64,000 bases of DNA from Eledone cirrhosa (taxonomy: Eukaryota): positions 11,036,001 to 11,100,000 of the forward strand of contig OZ024741.1 in NCBI GenBank assembly GCA_964016885.1, read 5' to 3'. Every line of letters starts with the position of its first letter. Within the stretch, counting starts at the first letter, position 1. A program made the position numbers and the translations under genes. This document shows, in pieces, positions 39,159-54,490 of the stretch. A model generated the notes under the pieces. It did not search any database, was not told where the DNA came from, and saw only the letters and a list, made by a program, of their open reading frames with translations.

Positions 39159-39787
39159 TATATATATATAGATAGATAGTTAGATAGATAGATAAATACA
39201 TACATACATACATACATACATACATACATACATACATACATACATACATACATACATACATACATGCATATGTATGTCTGTGCTTGTGTGAACATGCATA
39301 TATGTATGTATATATATATATATATATACATGTATGTATATATGTATATATATATATATATGTATATATGTATATATATATGTATGTATGTATATATATA
39401 TATGTATGTATGTATATATATGTATATATGTATGTAAGTATATACATAGAGACATACGTAGCTGTGTAATCGTCAATTTCTTACTGAGCGTCTATCGTCC
39501 TATCGTCTTACCAGCTCAGCAACGTCACAGCTGTATGACAAGTCATAAAGTAATGTAGTGAAGTAATAATAATGATGATGTCAACGGTAAGACATGTCCC
39601 TAACCAAGAGAGGGGGTGGAGAGAGGGGGAAGAGATGTATTACCTACAGGTGTTCTACTCCTTGAATTACATCTGTACCAATAGACACTGGTGGTGGTGC
39701 TGGTGGGGTGACTTGGAGGTTTTGGTGGTGGCGGGGTGATCGGAGGTTGTGGTGGTGGCCGGGGGGGTGACGGGGTGGCTTGGGGGG

Positions 39788-40153
39788 CTAGGAGGTTGTG
39801 GTGGTGCGGGGGGCTTGTAGGTTGGGGTGGCGGGGCGGCTTGGAGGGATTTGTGGTGGCGCGGGCTGGGGGGTGGGGGGCTTGGAGGTTGTGGTGGTGGC
39901 GGGCGGCTTGGAGGTTGTGGTGGTGTTGCTGTTGATGGTAGTGTTGGTGGTGACGATGGTGGGCAGACTGGCCGTATTGTGGTGGTGGTGGTGGTGGTGG
40001 TGGTTGCCGTGAATTTGTTGGTGATGACGGCAAGCCAAATGTCACCATACCTGCCAATATCCTTGTCTGTGATTCTAGTATCTTTAAGACCCATGTACTA
40101 TGACACAAGCCTGTGAGTGTCCTCTCAGTCACCAGCTCCACGTGTTTCCTCAT
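39788..40153 (-). other. Possible host exon MRKHVELVTERTLTGLCHSTWVLKILESQTRILA, ending at donor G|GTATGG (40051) or running into a Pro/His-rich tail
   Basis: Acceptor TATCAG just upstream of 40153; only one open frame; no recognised homology. Confidence 0.3.
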
Positions 40154-40392
40154 CTGATACATAATCATAAATACCAAACTAACGCTTCTCCGGTCGATAA
40201 AGTAAGTATCCAGTCTCACAAGGCTTTATACAAATCCTTCTTCCTCGCCCCTTTCGTACATATACTCCCCGAGAAAAGATACTCTGTTTTTTATGACATA
40301 CCTCACCAATTTCTTCTCCTGTTGCTGCTGTTGCTGCCTCAAGTAGCTCTCTTTGACACTCACCATTTACAAAAGACCAAATATTATTAATT

Positions 40393-40580
40393 TGGTGGAT
40401 TGGCAGTATTGGTAGAGGGTCAGACGCCATGCTTTCCAGCATAGTTACGTCCCTTTACGGTCTGAGTTCAAATCCCGCCGAGGTTAACTTTGCCTTTCAT
40501 CTTTACGAGGTCGATAAAATAAAGTACCAGTAATGTACTGGCGAATTGATGGCCTTATGCCAAGAGTAGAAACAATTATT
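40393..40580 (+). mobile_element. tRNA-derived SINE
   Basis: A-box-like TGGCAGTATTGG, B-box GAGTTCAAATCC; body CTTTGCCTTTCATC...GTCGATAAAATAAAGTACCAG shared with other copies in the window. Confidence 0.85.
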
Positions 40581-40929
40581 AATTTACATATATTTCGATT
40601 TTATTAAGTTCAAAGCATATAAATAAATTTACAGTAGAATAACATAACAAATATGTTTTAAATATATACATAATTAACATTACAAATGCTTAGATAACAT
40701 TATAAATTGCTCGCGATTCTTTGAGAAAGATATATTCTTTTAATGTTGCAATATTAAAGAAAATGTAAAGGAAGGAGTGAACAACGGAGCCAACACCTGA
40801 GCAAAAGATAACAGGAAGGTGTAGGACATTGTCGCTGTTGCTATTACTATTTTTCTCATTCCAATTAATGGGTCCCTAAGCCATTTTCTTTTTTATCATA
40901 GACTTATAAATACATAGAAATACTTACTA

Positions 40930-41310
40930 CTCTCGGGTCCCAAATAATAGGGAGATCTGAAATAAGCGGGGTAGGGATGGAATAAACGAGGAGGACTTGG
41001 AAAGTCAGTAATTTTTAAAGGTTGCTGCCGTTGATTTAAAAAAAAAACAGAATTAGTCGTTTAGTTTGCATATTTATACCAACAACCCATCCTATTTATT
41101 TTAAAACGTATGAGATTTCTTGTAATGGTCTTTATTTGTCATGCGTAATGTTTTTTAATGTATAAAGAATTATATGGTTGCAGGTATTCTACCACTTAAA
41201 ATAATAGATTAGCAATATTGATAAGCATAGTGGGCTGGAATAAGAACGGGTAAGGGTGGAAAAATGTAAAAAATTAATAAGAGGTGGGGTGATTATTCGA
41301 GACCCGAGAG
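40930..41310. mobile_element. Tc1/mariner-type MITE
   Basis: TIRs CTCTCGGGTCCCAAATAAT / ATTATTCGAGACCCGAGAG flanked by TA on both sides. Confidence 0.8.
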
Positions 41311-41443
41311 TAAACAGAGTACAACGCACACAAACCTAGAAATAGTGCGCCTCCCTCGTCCGGGGAGTAATGCGTTCTCCATCCTGTCGGTCGAGACCCA
41401 GAAGCGGAGGGTATATTAGTTGGTAGTAGAGGATACTCGTACA

Positions 41444-44400
41444 GACGTCACTTCCACACATGTATTGAGTTAAACCTGTCAGGTTAATATCAACTATTTT
41501 TTGACGTCACTTCCACACATGTATTGAGTACAACCTGTCAGGTTACAGTAAACTATTTTGTGACGTCACTTCCACACATATATTGAGTACAAACTGTCAG
41601 GTTAATATATATACTATTTGTGACGTCACTTCCAAACATGTATTGAGTACAACCTGTCAGGTTACTATAAACTATTTTGTTACGTCACTTCCACACATGT
41701 ATTGAGTACAACCTGTCAGGTTACTATAAACTATTTTTTGACGTCACTTCCACAAATGTATTGAGTACAACCTGTCAGGTTACAGTAAACTATTTTGTGA
41801 CGTCACTTCCACACATGTATTGAGTACAACCTATCAGGTTACTATAAACTATTTTGTGACGTCAGTTCCACACATGTATTGAGTACAACCTATCAGGTTA
41901 CTATAAACTATTTTGTGACGTCACTTCGACAAATGTATTGAGTACAACCTGTCAGGTTACTATGAACTATTTGTGACGTCACTTCCACACATGTATTGAG
42001 TACAACCTGTCAGGTTAATATAAAATATTTTGTGACGTCACTTCCACACATGTATTGAGTACAACCTGTCAGGTTAATATAAACTATTTGTGACGTCACT
42101 TCCACAAATGTATTGAGTACAACCTGTCAGGTTACTATAAACTATTTTGTGACGTCACTTCCACACATGTATTGAGTACAACCTGTCATTATACTATAAA
42201 CTATTTTGTGACGTCACTTCCAAACATGTATTGAGTACAACCTGTCATTATACTATAAACTATTTTGTGACGTCACTTCCACACATGTATTGAGTACAAC
42301 TTGTCAGTTTACTATAAACTATTTTGTGACGTCACTTCCACACATGTATTGAGTACAACCTGTCAGGTTAATATAAAATATTTTGTGACGTCACTTCCAC
42401 ACATGTATTGAGTACAAGTCAGGTTAATATAAACTATTTGTGACGTCACTTCCACACATGTATTGAGTACCACCTGTCAGGTATAAACTATTTGTGACTT
42501 CACTTCCACACCTGTATTGAGTACCACATGTCAGGTTAATATAAACTATTTGTGACGTCACTTCCACACATGTATTGAGTACAACCTGTCAGGTTACTAT
42601 AAACTATTTTGTGACGTCACTTCCACAAATGTATTGAGTACAACCTGTCAGGTTACTATAAACTATTTTGTGACGTCACTTCCACACATGTATTGAGTAC
42701 AACCTCTCAGGTAACTATAAACTATTTTGTGACGTCACTTCCACAAATGTATTGAGTACAACCTGTCAGGTTACTATAAACTATTTTGTGACGTCACTTC
42801 AACACATGTATTGAGTACAACTTGTCAGGTTGCTATAAACTATTTTGTGACGTCACTTCCAGACATGTATTGAGTACAATCTGTCAGGTTACTATAAACT
42901 ATTTTGTGACGTCACTTCCACACATGTATTGAGTACAACCTGTCAGGTTACTATAAACTATTTGTGACGTTACTTCCACACATGTATTGAGTACAACCTG
43001 TCATTATACTATAAACTATTTTGTGACGTCACTTCCACACATGTATTGAGTACAATCTGTCAGGTTTCTATCAAGTATTTGTGACGTCAGTTCCACACAT
43101 GTATTGAGTACAACCTATCAGGTTACTATAAACTATTTTGTGACGTCACTTCGACAAATGTATTGAGTACAACCTGTCAGGTTACTATGAACTATTTGTG
43201 ACGTCACTTCCACACATGTATTGAGTACAACCTGTCAGGTTAATATAAAATATTTTGTGACGTCACTTCCACACATGTATTGAGTACAACCTGTCAGGTT
43301 AATATAAACTATTGGTGACGTCACTTCCACAAATGTATTGAGTACAACCTGTCAGGTTACTATAAACTATTTTGTGACGTCACTTCCACACATGTATTGA
43401 GTACAACCTGTCATTATACTATAAACTATTTTGTGACGTCACTTCCAAACATGTATTGAGTACAACCTGTCATTATACTATAAACTATTTTGTGACGTCA
43501 CTTCCACACATGTATTGAGTACAACTTGTCAGTTTACTATAAACTATTTTGTGACGTCACTTCCACACATGTATTGAGTACAACCTGTCAGGTTAATATA
43601 AAATATTTTGTGACGTCACTTCCACACATGTATTGAGTACAAGTCAGGTTAATATAAACTATTTGTGACGTCACTTCCACACATGTATTGAGTACCACCT
43701 GTCAGGTATAAACTATTTGTGACTTCACTTCCACACCTGTATTGAGTACCACATGTCAGGTTAATATAAACTATTTGTGACGTCACTTCCACACATGTAT
43801 TGAGTACAACCTGTCAGGTTACTATAAACTATTTTGTGACGTCACTTCCACAAATGTATTGAGTACAACCTGTCAGGTTACTATAAACTATTTTGTGACG
43901 TCACTTCCACACATGTATTGAGTACAACCTCTCAGGTAACTATAAACTATTTTGTGACGTCACTTCCACAAATCTATTGAGTACAACCTGTCAGGTTACT
44001 ATAAACTATTTTGTGACGTCACTTCAACACATGTATTGAGTACAACTTGTCAGGTTGCTATAAACTATTTTGTGACGTCACTTCCAGACATGTATTGAGT
44101 ACAATCTGTCAGGTTACTATAAACTATTTTGTGACGTCACTTCCACACATGTATTGAGTACAACCTGTCAGGTTACTATAAACTATTTGTGACGTTACTT
44201 CCACACATGTATTGAGTACAACCTGTCATTATACTATAAACTATTTTGTGACGTCACTTCCACACATGTATTGAGTACAATCTGTCAGGTTTCTATCAAG
44301 TATTTGTGACGTCACTTCCACACATGTATTGAGTAAAACCTGTCAGGTTAATATAAACTATTTTGTGACGTCACTTCCACACATGTATTGAGTACAACCT

Positions 44401-46851
44401 GTCAGGTTAATATAAACTATTTTGTGACGTCACTTCCACACATGTATTGAGTACAACCTGTCAGGTTACTATAAACTATTTTATGACGTCACTTCCACAC
44501 ATGTATTGAGTACAACCTGTCATTATACTATAAACTATTTTGTGACGTCACTTCCAGACATGTATTGAGTACAACCTGTCATTATACTATAAACTATTTT
44601 GTGACGTCACTTCCACACATGTATTGAGTACAACCTGTCAGGTTAATATAAACTATTTGTGACGTCACTTCCATACATGTATTGAGTACAATCTGTCAGA
44701 TTACTATAAACTATTTTGTGACGTCACTTCCACACATGTATTGAGTACAACCTGTCAGGTTAATATAAACTATTTTGTGACGTCACTTCCACACATGTAT
44801 TGAGTACAACCTGTCAGGTTAATATAAACTATTTGTGACGTGACTTCCACACATGTATTGAGTACAACCTGTCAGGTTACTATAAACAATTTTGTGACGT
44901 CACTTCCACACATGTATTGAGTACAACCTGTCAGGTTACTATAAACTATTTTGTGACGTCACTTCCACAAATGTATTGAGTACAACCTGTCAGGTTACTA
45001 TAAATTATATTGTGACGTCACTTCCATACATGTATTGAGTACAACATGTCAGGTAACTATAAACTATTTTGTGACGTCACTTCCACACATGTATTGAGTA
45101 CAACCTGTCAGGTATAAACTATATGTGACGTCACTTCCACACCTGTATTGAGTACCACCTGTCAGGTATAAACTATTTGTGACGTCATTTCCACACCTGT
45201 ATTGAGTAACACCTGTCAGGTATAAACTATATGTGACGTCACTTCCACACCTGTATTGAGTAACACCTGTCAGGTATAAACTATATGTGACGTCACTTCC
45301 ACACCTGTATTGAGTACCACCTGTCAGGTATAAACTATTTGTGACGTCACTTCCACACCTGTATTGAGTACAACCTGTCAGGTATAAACTATATGTGACG
45401 TCATTTCCACACCTGTATTGAGTACCACCTGTCAGGTATAAACTATATGTGACGTCACTTCCACACCTGTATTGAGTACCACCTGTCAGGTATAAACTAT
45501 TTGTGACGTCACTTCCACACCTGTATTGAGTACAACCTGTCAGGTATATACTATATGTGACGTCATTTCCACACCTGTATTGAGTGCCACCTGTCAGGTA
45601 TAAACTATATGTGACGTCACTTCCTCACCTGTATTGAGTACAACCTGTCAGGTATAAACTATATGTGACGTCACTTCCTCACCTGTATTGAGTACAACCT
45701 GTCAGGTATAAACTATATGTGACGTCACTTCCTCACCTGTATTGAGTACAACCTGTCAGGTATAAACTATATGTGACGTCACTTCCACACCTGTATTGAG
45801 TGCCACCTGTCAGGTATATACTATATGTGACGTCACTTCCACACCTGTATTGAGTACCACCTGTCAGGTATATACTATATGTGACGTCACTTCCTCACCT
45901 GTATTGAGTGCCACCTGTCCGGTATAAACTATATGTGACGTCACTTCCACACCTGTATTGAGTACCACCTGTCAGGTATATACTCTATGTGACGTCACTT
46001 CCACACCTGTATTGAGTGCCACCTGTCAGGTATAAACTATATGTGACGTCACTTCCACACCTGTATTGAGTACCACCTGTCAGGTATAAACTATATGTGA
46101 CGTCACTTCCACACCTGTATTGAGTGCCACCTGTCAGGTATATACTATATGTGACGTCACTTCCACACCTGTATTGAGTACCACCTGTCAGGTATATACT
46201 ATATGTGACGTCACTTCCTCACCTGTATTGAGTGCCACCTGTCCGGTATAAACTATATGTGACGTCACTTCCACACCTGTATTGAGTACCACCTGTCAGG
46301 TATATACTATATGTGACGTCACTTCCTCACCTGTATTGAGTGCCACCTGTCAGGTATAAACTATATGTGACGTCACTTCCACACCTGTATTGAGTACCAC
46401 CTGTCAGGTATATACTCTATGTGACGTCACTTCCTCACCTGTATTGAGTGCCACCTGTCAGGTATAAACTATATGTGACGTCACTTCCACACCTGTATTG
46501 AGTACCACCTGTCAGGTATATACTCTATGTGACGTCACTTCCTCACCTGTATTGAGTGCCACCTGTCAGGTATAAACTATATGTGACGTCACTTCCACAC
46601 CTGTATTGAGTACCACCTGTCAGGTATAAACTATATGTGACGTCACTTCCACACCTGTATTGAGTACCACCTGTCAGGTATATACTCTATGTGACGTCAC
46701 TTCCACACCTGTATTGAGTGCCACCTGTCAGGTATATACTCTATGTGACGTCACTTCCACACCTGTATTGAGTGCCACCTGTCAGGTATAAACTATATGT
46801 GACGTCACTTCCACACCTGTATTGAGTACCACCTGTCAGGTATAAACTATA
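41444..46851. repeat. Satellite of 58-59-bp units switching to 55-bp units near 45100, ~90-95 copies, each with GTGACGTCACTTCC
   Basis: Periodicity seen directly; 1225-bp internal duplication 41856-43080 / 43081-44305. Confidence 0.98.
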
Positions 46852-46934
46852 TATTAAGGTGAATGTATGGGAGGACAGATCAGTTAAATATCTAACATAG
46901 AATATAAGGAAATGGTATTGCTATTGTTGGGAGA

Positions 46935-47328
46935 GCGGTGAAGTGGCTGTATTGGTAGAGCGTCGGACAACATGCTTCCTAGCATACAGTTACGGCCCTT
47001 AACCTTCTGATTTCAAATCCCGTCGAGGTTAGCTCTGCCTTTCATCCTTACAAGGTCGATAAAATAAAGTACTAGTAATACACTGGGGTCGATTAGATCG
47101 ACTTTCCTCTTTTCCAAAAATTTTTTGGCCATGTACCTAAATAACAAAACATTATAGGGCGGTGGAGCGTCAGGCACCATGCTTTGAAGCATAGAGTTAT
47201 GGCCCTTTTTGAGTTCAAATCCCGTCGAGGTTAGCTTTGCTTTTCATCCTTACGGGGTCGATAAAATAAAGTACCAGTAATACACTGAGTAATTGCTGGC
47301 CTTGTGCCAATAGTAGAAACAATAATTA
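46935..47328 (+). mobile_element. Two adjacent tRNA-derived SINE copies (46935-47155, 47157-47328)
   Basis: Each has TTCAAATCCCGTCGAGGTTAGCT...GTCGATAAAATAAAGTAC, matching 40393-40580. Confidence 0.85.
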
Positions 47329-47643
47329 GGTTATAGATAAGATATTCTCCAACAAACGAGCAAAAGTAGGCAGAAAAGTAAGTAAAACAGGTAGTTCATA
47401 TGGAGTAGAGCAACGAATGTCTAATATATACCAGAGAAGGATAGGGGTCTTATACAACTAGAGAGTTATATAATATACATTGTAAGGCTACATTTGCAAA
47501 AGAATAATGTAAATTAATCCAAATAACTGTTATTTGTATTGAAGGTAACAGCTATAAAACAGCAGAATTGACAAATGGTTAGCAGTAGAAAATGGAAAAC
47601 AAGAGAGACATTTTGTAAAACTGTATGGTTCCAGTATACCATA

Positions 47644-47886
47644 TTAACTCTTTTGATACTAAACTGTCTAAAACCACCCGTCGTTTCTCAATACAAACTG
47701 TTTATTTTAAAGTGTTTATATTTATCTAAAACCTATCGTACTTTTATGTAAGGTTTGTTAAGTTATGCTTCAAATACCAGTTGAATTTTGAGAACTTTCT
47801 TATATTACTATATCCCACAAAAATCTTGATTATATTAAAATCATAGTTAGTGTCTTGCATTAGAAATATAGTAAGAAAAAAGTTAA
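47644..47886. mobile_element. Degenerate TTAA-flanked non-autonomous DNA element; related copy at ~47992-48230
   Basis: TTAACTCTTT...AAAGTTAA ends; second copy begins TAACCCTTT and is roughly collinear. Confidence 0.45.
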
Positions 47887-48344
47887 AGTGAAAGGAAGAA
47901 AATCTCGATTTGTTCAATATCTTGAACAGAGTAGAATTAGATAAAACCGCCGTAACCTTGGCCGAGAAGGGCAGAACTGAAAACTGAAATGTAACCCTTT
48001 AGTTACAAACCCGGCCAAAACCGGGTCTGATACTATGAAATAACGTCACCCATTTTTAAGGTTTCCAATTTCAATTAAAATCTTCCAAAATAATTTTATA
48101 TAAGAACATTACATTAAGTTACTATCTTAGTAATGAAATAATTGATAAATTTAGTAATTCCCTCAAAATTCTTCATTAATTAATTAAAATTGAGCGTATT
48201 TCATTAGGAATGTGGCCATGGAAGGGAAAAGGACTCTAGATTGTGGCAGAGTTCAAATGTATCTTCTAAAGCAAATATATCGAATAACTACAGAATATGT
48301 AGAAATTGGAAATAAATATTTACAAGAGAAATTATATATATTTG

Positions 48345-48480
48345 ACAGTACATAATTTTATCAACCTCGGAAAGATGAAAGCAGAGTTGACCTCGATGGG
48401 ATTGGAACTCAGAACTTAAAGGGATATAACTAAATAGCACAAATCATTTTCTTCGTTGGTGAAATGTTTGTGCCAATCAA
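48345..48480 (-). mobile_element. Diverged tRNA-derived SINE
   Basis: Reverse complement reads GAGTTCCAATCCCATCGAGGTCAACTCTGCTTTCATC...GTTGATAAAATT. Confidence 0.7.
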
Positions 48481-48829
48481 CTGTTAATATGAATGACATA
48501 AGACAAGTGAAATGGTGTATAGTTAATGATAAGTAGTAAATAGAAAATGACATTTACGTAAGATATTCTAGTGAGAAATGGCGTGTTCCATTACTTTCAT
48601 ATTATCACTTAATAAATATAAACGATACGGAGTTGTAGAAATGATTAGCTGTGTAATTATAAATATAAATATAAATGACATATTTGTGTTGTAATGTGAA
48701 ATTATAGGTGTTTACATTGGCAATGTAATGCAAGGTGTAAATATAGATTACAGAGATGGAAGAGTAAATAGAAAAATATCTGATGAATCGAGAGAAGTGT
48801 CGTTTAGATTGAGATAGATTAGATTTACA

Positions 48830-49310
48830 TACAGACACACACACATATATACACAGACACATATACACACACACAGACATATATATACATAGACACACAC
48901 ATATATATATACACACACACAGACACGCACATATATATATATACACACACACAGACACACACATATATATATATACACACACACACAGACACACACATAT
49001 ATATATACACACACACAGACACACACATATATATATACACACACACAGACACACATATATATATATATACACACACACACACATATATATATATACACAC
49101 ACAGACACACACATATATATATATATACAGACACATGCATATATATATACACAGACACATATACACACACACAGACATATATATACATAGACACACACAT
49201 ATATATATACACACACACAGACACACATATATATATATACACACACACAGACACACACATATATATATACACACACACAGACACACACATATATATATAC
49301 ACACACACAG

Positions 49311-49343
<33 letters not shown>

Positions 49344-49755
49344 CAGACACATGCATATATATATACACAGATACATACAGACATATACAGACACACACAC
49401 ATATATATACACACAAAGACACACATATATATATATATACACACGGACAGACATATACAGACACACACATATATATATATATATATATACACACAGACAC
49501 ATACAGATATATACACACAGACACACAGACATATACAGACACACAGACACACACATATATATACACACACAGACACACAGACATATACAGACACACAAAC
49601 TCACACACAGACACACACACACACATATACAGACACACAAACACACACACAGACACACACACACATATACAGACACACACACAACACATACTGACACATA
49701 CAGACACATAGACAGACACACAGACAGACACACAGGCTCACACACAGACACACCT
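48830..49755. repeat. Compound (CA)n/(TA)n/CAGA microsatellite with ~28-30-bp super-period
   Basis: Seen directly; explains ORFs 48605-49857. Confidence 0.95.
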
Positions 49756-50217
49756 ATGGAACTACTCACACACATATCACGTGGATGTGTGTTTATATAC
49801 CTCGTATGTGTGTGTGTGTGTGTGTGTATGTCAGTTTGTACACGCATTTCTAGTTAAATATGTATATGTATATATGTGTGTGTGTCTGTGTGTGTGTGTG
49901 TGATTGTTTGGATGTGTGCGTGTGTGTATATGCCAGTTTGTACACGCATTTCTAGTTAAATATGTAAATGTATATATATGTGTGTGTGTGTCTTTGTGTG
50001 TGTGTGTGTGTGTGTGTGTGTTTGAAAGTGTGTGTGTATGTGTGCCTGTGTGTGTGAGAGAGTGTGCCTATTTATATATGTATGTATGTAAGGTTTTCTG
50101 AACACACAAGCCGAAACTGCTTGGCACCGCAGTTGGGATTTAGCATATCTCTATACCACTCTACCATGCACTGAGTACTCCCATGATTTGTAGTTTCCCT
50201 GGTCTCAGCACCGCAGA

Positions 50218-50356
<139 letters not shown>

Positions 50357-50395
50357 TTTCCGACATCCCTTTCAAGATGCTAAGCTATATATTTA

Positions 50396-51580
<1,185 letters not shown>

Positions 51581-51745
51581 AAGAAATTGTGGTAAGGAAC
51601 CAGATGCACCATAACGCACGAGAGTACTCAATACTTAGGGTAGTAGAGTGGGAAATAGGAAAAAGTATGACCCCGACATTGGCTATTTCTGGACTGAAAT
51701 AGTCGTCGAAACAGCTTGAGCTCTATCGTCGGGGTCATACTTTTT

Positions 51746-51777
<32 letters not shown>

Positions 51778-51780
<3 letters not shown>

Positions 51781-52638
51781 CGGCGATGAATTTGTTTTGC
51801 AAGGTTTTTGATACGAAATCGTTGTCGAAACAAATATTGTTATACCCCCAGATAAACTGTAAAACTAGAAACGTAGTCTATAGCATAAGATGTACAGAGG
51901 GTACTTGCAGAGACATGACAACGACATATATAAGTGAGACAGCTCGAAGCATAGGAGAAATGATAGACCAACACTGGGGGGAATTAAAGGGACAAAAAAG
52001 AAAACGGTTCAATACTATACGAACACGCCAGACAAAAACACGACGGTAACATAGGCAATAGAAATTAAAATATATCTAAACATAGAAATGACCCAGCAGA
52101 TAGGCAAATCAGAGAAACGAGCGAAATAGAACTTAGAAAGTCAAAGTTAAACAGAATAAACAAACAATACTGACTTAAGAGAAGTATAAATAAATAAATA
52201 AATATATACACAAGTACAATAACAACAAACACATATAAACACACACTCATAAACAAAGATAGAATACAAAAACCAAAACACATACACTCAAACGCGAACA
52301 CACACCAAATATTATATACACACGCAAACGCATGCGTAGAGACGGAGACAAAATAAATAAATAAATAAATAAATAAAATAAAAATGGCGTAAACACAACA
52401 CATGAAAATAGTACCACTGATGATGTTGCAGATGTGCAACGAAAGAACTTTGTTAGACTATATATATATTTATATCAGTATTTTTTAATTGTTGGTCAAT
52501 CAATGATAAACGTTGATTGCCAAATAAATTAACTATGGAGATATAAAAGATGCAGATTCGAATACCAACCAAACAGTGAGTGTGTACTGTTATTATTTCT
52601 GGCAATATTATTACAACAATATGACCCTCCCCAAGTTT

Positions 52639-52645
<7 letters not shown>
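51778..52645 (+). mobile_element. Degenerate Penelope-like 3' fragment (GIY-YIG remnant + pLTR) with short inverted 5' tail
   Basis: INCKTRNVVYSIRCTEG...YISETARSIGE is homologous to the GIY-YIG region near 63080-63210; hammerhead at 52413-52454. Confidence 0.85.
52413..52454 (+). ncRNA. Minimal hammerhead ribozyme in pLTR
   Basis: CTGATGA-T-GTTGCA gatg TGCAAC-GAAA-GAAC-TT; stem II covaries with the 63625-63667 copy. Confidence 0.72.
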
Positions 52646-52697
<52 letters not shown>

Positions 52698-53133
52698 GTT
52701 CAAAGAACAACAAACAGTCTCGTTAGTTTTACCTTTATATTGGAAAGAGGAAAGAACCTACATATATACATACATTCATACATACACACATACATGCATA
52801 CATGCATGCATACATACATACATACATACACACATAGATACAAATAGTCTACAAATGGCTGCAATAGCTGGCACCTTCAAAATTTGCAAAAGATTCTTGC
52901 GATTCAAGGGATGACAATTTCTTTTCTTTTACAACCTTGCCACCAGGAAGGTGGTCGGTCAAAAAAATATACTCGAAATTAAGAGAAAGAGAAAACATAA
53001 ATACATACATACATACATACATACATACATACATACATACATACATACATACATACATACATGCACACATACATACATTCATACATACATACATACATAC
53101 ATACATACATACATACATACATACATACATACA

Positions 53134-53161
<28 letters not shown>

Positions 53162-53164
<3 letters not shown>

Positions 53165-53722
53165 GATATGGGACAGGGAGAAGAAAGCATGCAAAGTAGT
53201 GGAAATTAGCTGCCCAGCAGATGCCAATATAATATCAAAGATTAACGAAAAGGAGAATATTTATGTAGAACTGATGAGAAATCTGCAGATACTCCATTCT
53301 GATTACACCTTCAGATTTAGGCCTGTGATTATTGGGGCACTGGGGTATGTTAGTAACTGCCTCAATACAAATATTGAGAAGCTAGGCTTCACAGGAACAG
53401 AAATAACACAACTAGTTAGGAAATTACAAGTACAATCCATTAATAGAACATCTAAAAATATGTAAAGCATTCCAAATATTTTGCGTCTAATAACTGCATA
53501 TACACATGTACAGATACAAAGCATGTACACATGCACACATGCAACTCAAAACATACACATCCACACATACAATAAAATCCATATCTACACATGCATGCAT
53601 ACATACATATCTACCTAGTTGATGTTGTGTAAATTCCAATGAGAGAGTCTTGTGTCTATGTTAGAAACCGACTCTCTATTGGGAAAAAAATTGTGAAATT
53701 ATAAAACCAGAAGAACATATAT
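53162..53722 (+). mobile_element. R4/Dong-like non-LTR retrotransposon 3' fragment (restriction-like endonuclease), in (TACA)n
   Basis: IWDREKKACKVVEISCPAD.NI..KINEKENIY..L...PVIIGALG matches the R4-group REL C-terminus. Confidence 0.75.
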
Positions 53723-53734
53723 ACATACATAAAT

Positions 53735-54490
53735 ACATACATGATGGCTGCCCCCTCGTTATCGAGTATGGCCATTGCACGAGAAAAAAAAACATAATAA
53801 TAACAATAATAATAATAATAACAACAATAATAATAGCGACAGCAGCAACAATAATAATATACATATATATATACACAAACACGCACACACATAAACATAT
53901 CTATACACACACACACGATAGGAATTAACAGCGCTGCGATCGAATGTGGCTTTTTAGCCCAGCCAATGATCTAAAATGTCTTGCATTTATACATACATAC
54001 ATGGTGGCTGCCAACTCGTTTTCGAGTACGGCCACTACTTTATATCCATGTAGGAGAACCCCTACCGATGCGCTGAACGAGTGTGACTTTTTAGTCCAGC
54101 CAGCGACTTGAAAACTCTGGTACACTACACTTGTGACAATTAGTGACACATAGTGCTGGGCCCATGGTACCATGTGACGACAAGTGCAGAGAGATCTCTA
54201 GATATAAAGCAATGCCTGTGCCGTGAAGCTTTTATAGTGAGCAAAGGCACTGCACAAAGCCAGTCCCACTCTCTTAACTAAGATGATATTTACCAAAAAG
54301 AAGAACAAGTCAACATCATTGGATACCATCAGGGTTGCAGGTGTTATATCAGAGTTTTCCTTCTAGAATTCTGCCTTGACAAAGGCTAAGGGGTCATCTC
54401 TCCCGGTGATTTTGGATGGCCATTGACTCTTAAGAGCTCCTTTGCCCTTTGACAGGTGACTTTGGACATCCTTCAGAACTAAAAACAAAA
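53735..54490 (-). mobile_element. Two tandem RTE-like LINE 3' ends (53735-53990, 53998-54490) with (ATGT)n tails
   Basis: FRSLAGLKSHIRS and FKSLAGLKSHTRSAHR* termini; related 3' UTR ends ...GGCAGCCAYCATGTATGT. Confidence 0.7.

Noticed and set aside
40393-40480. tRNA gene
   Set aside because: A and B boxes are too far apart and are followed by a shared SINE body; no cloverleaf
41444-46851. CRISPR-like array of palindromic repeats
   Set aside because: No unique spacers, no cas genes, eukaryotic context
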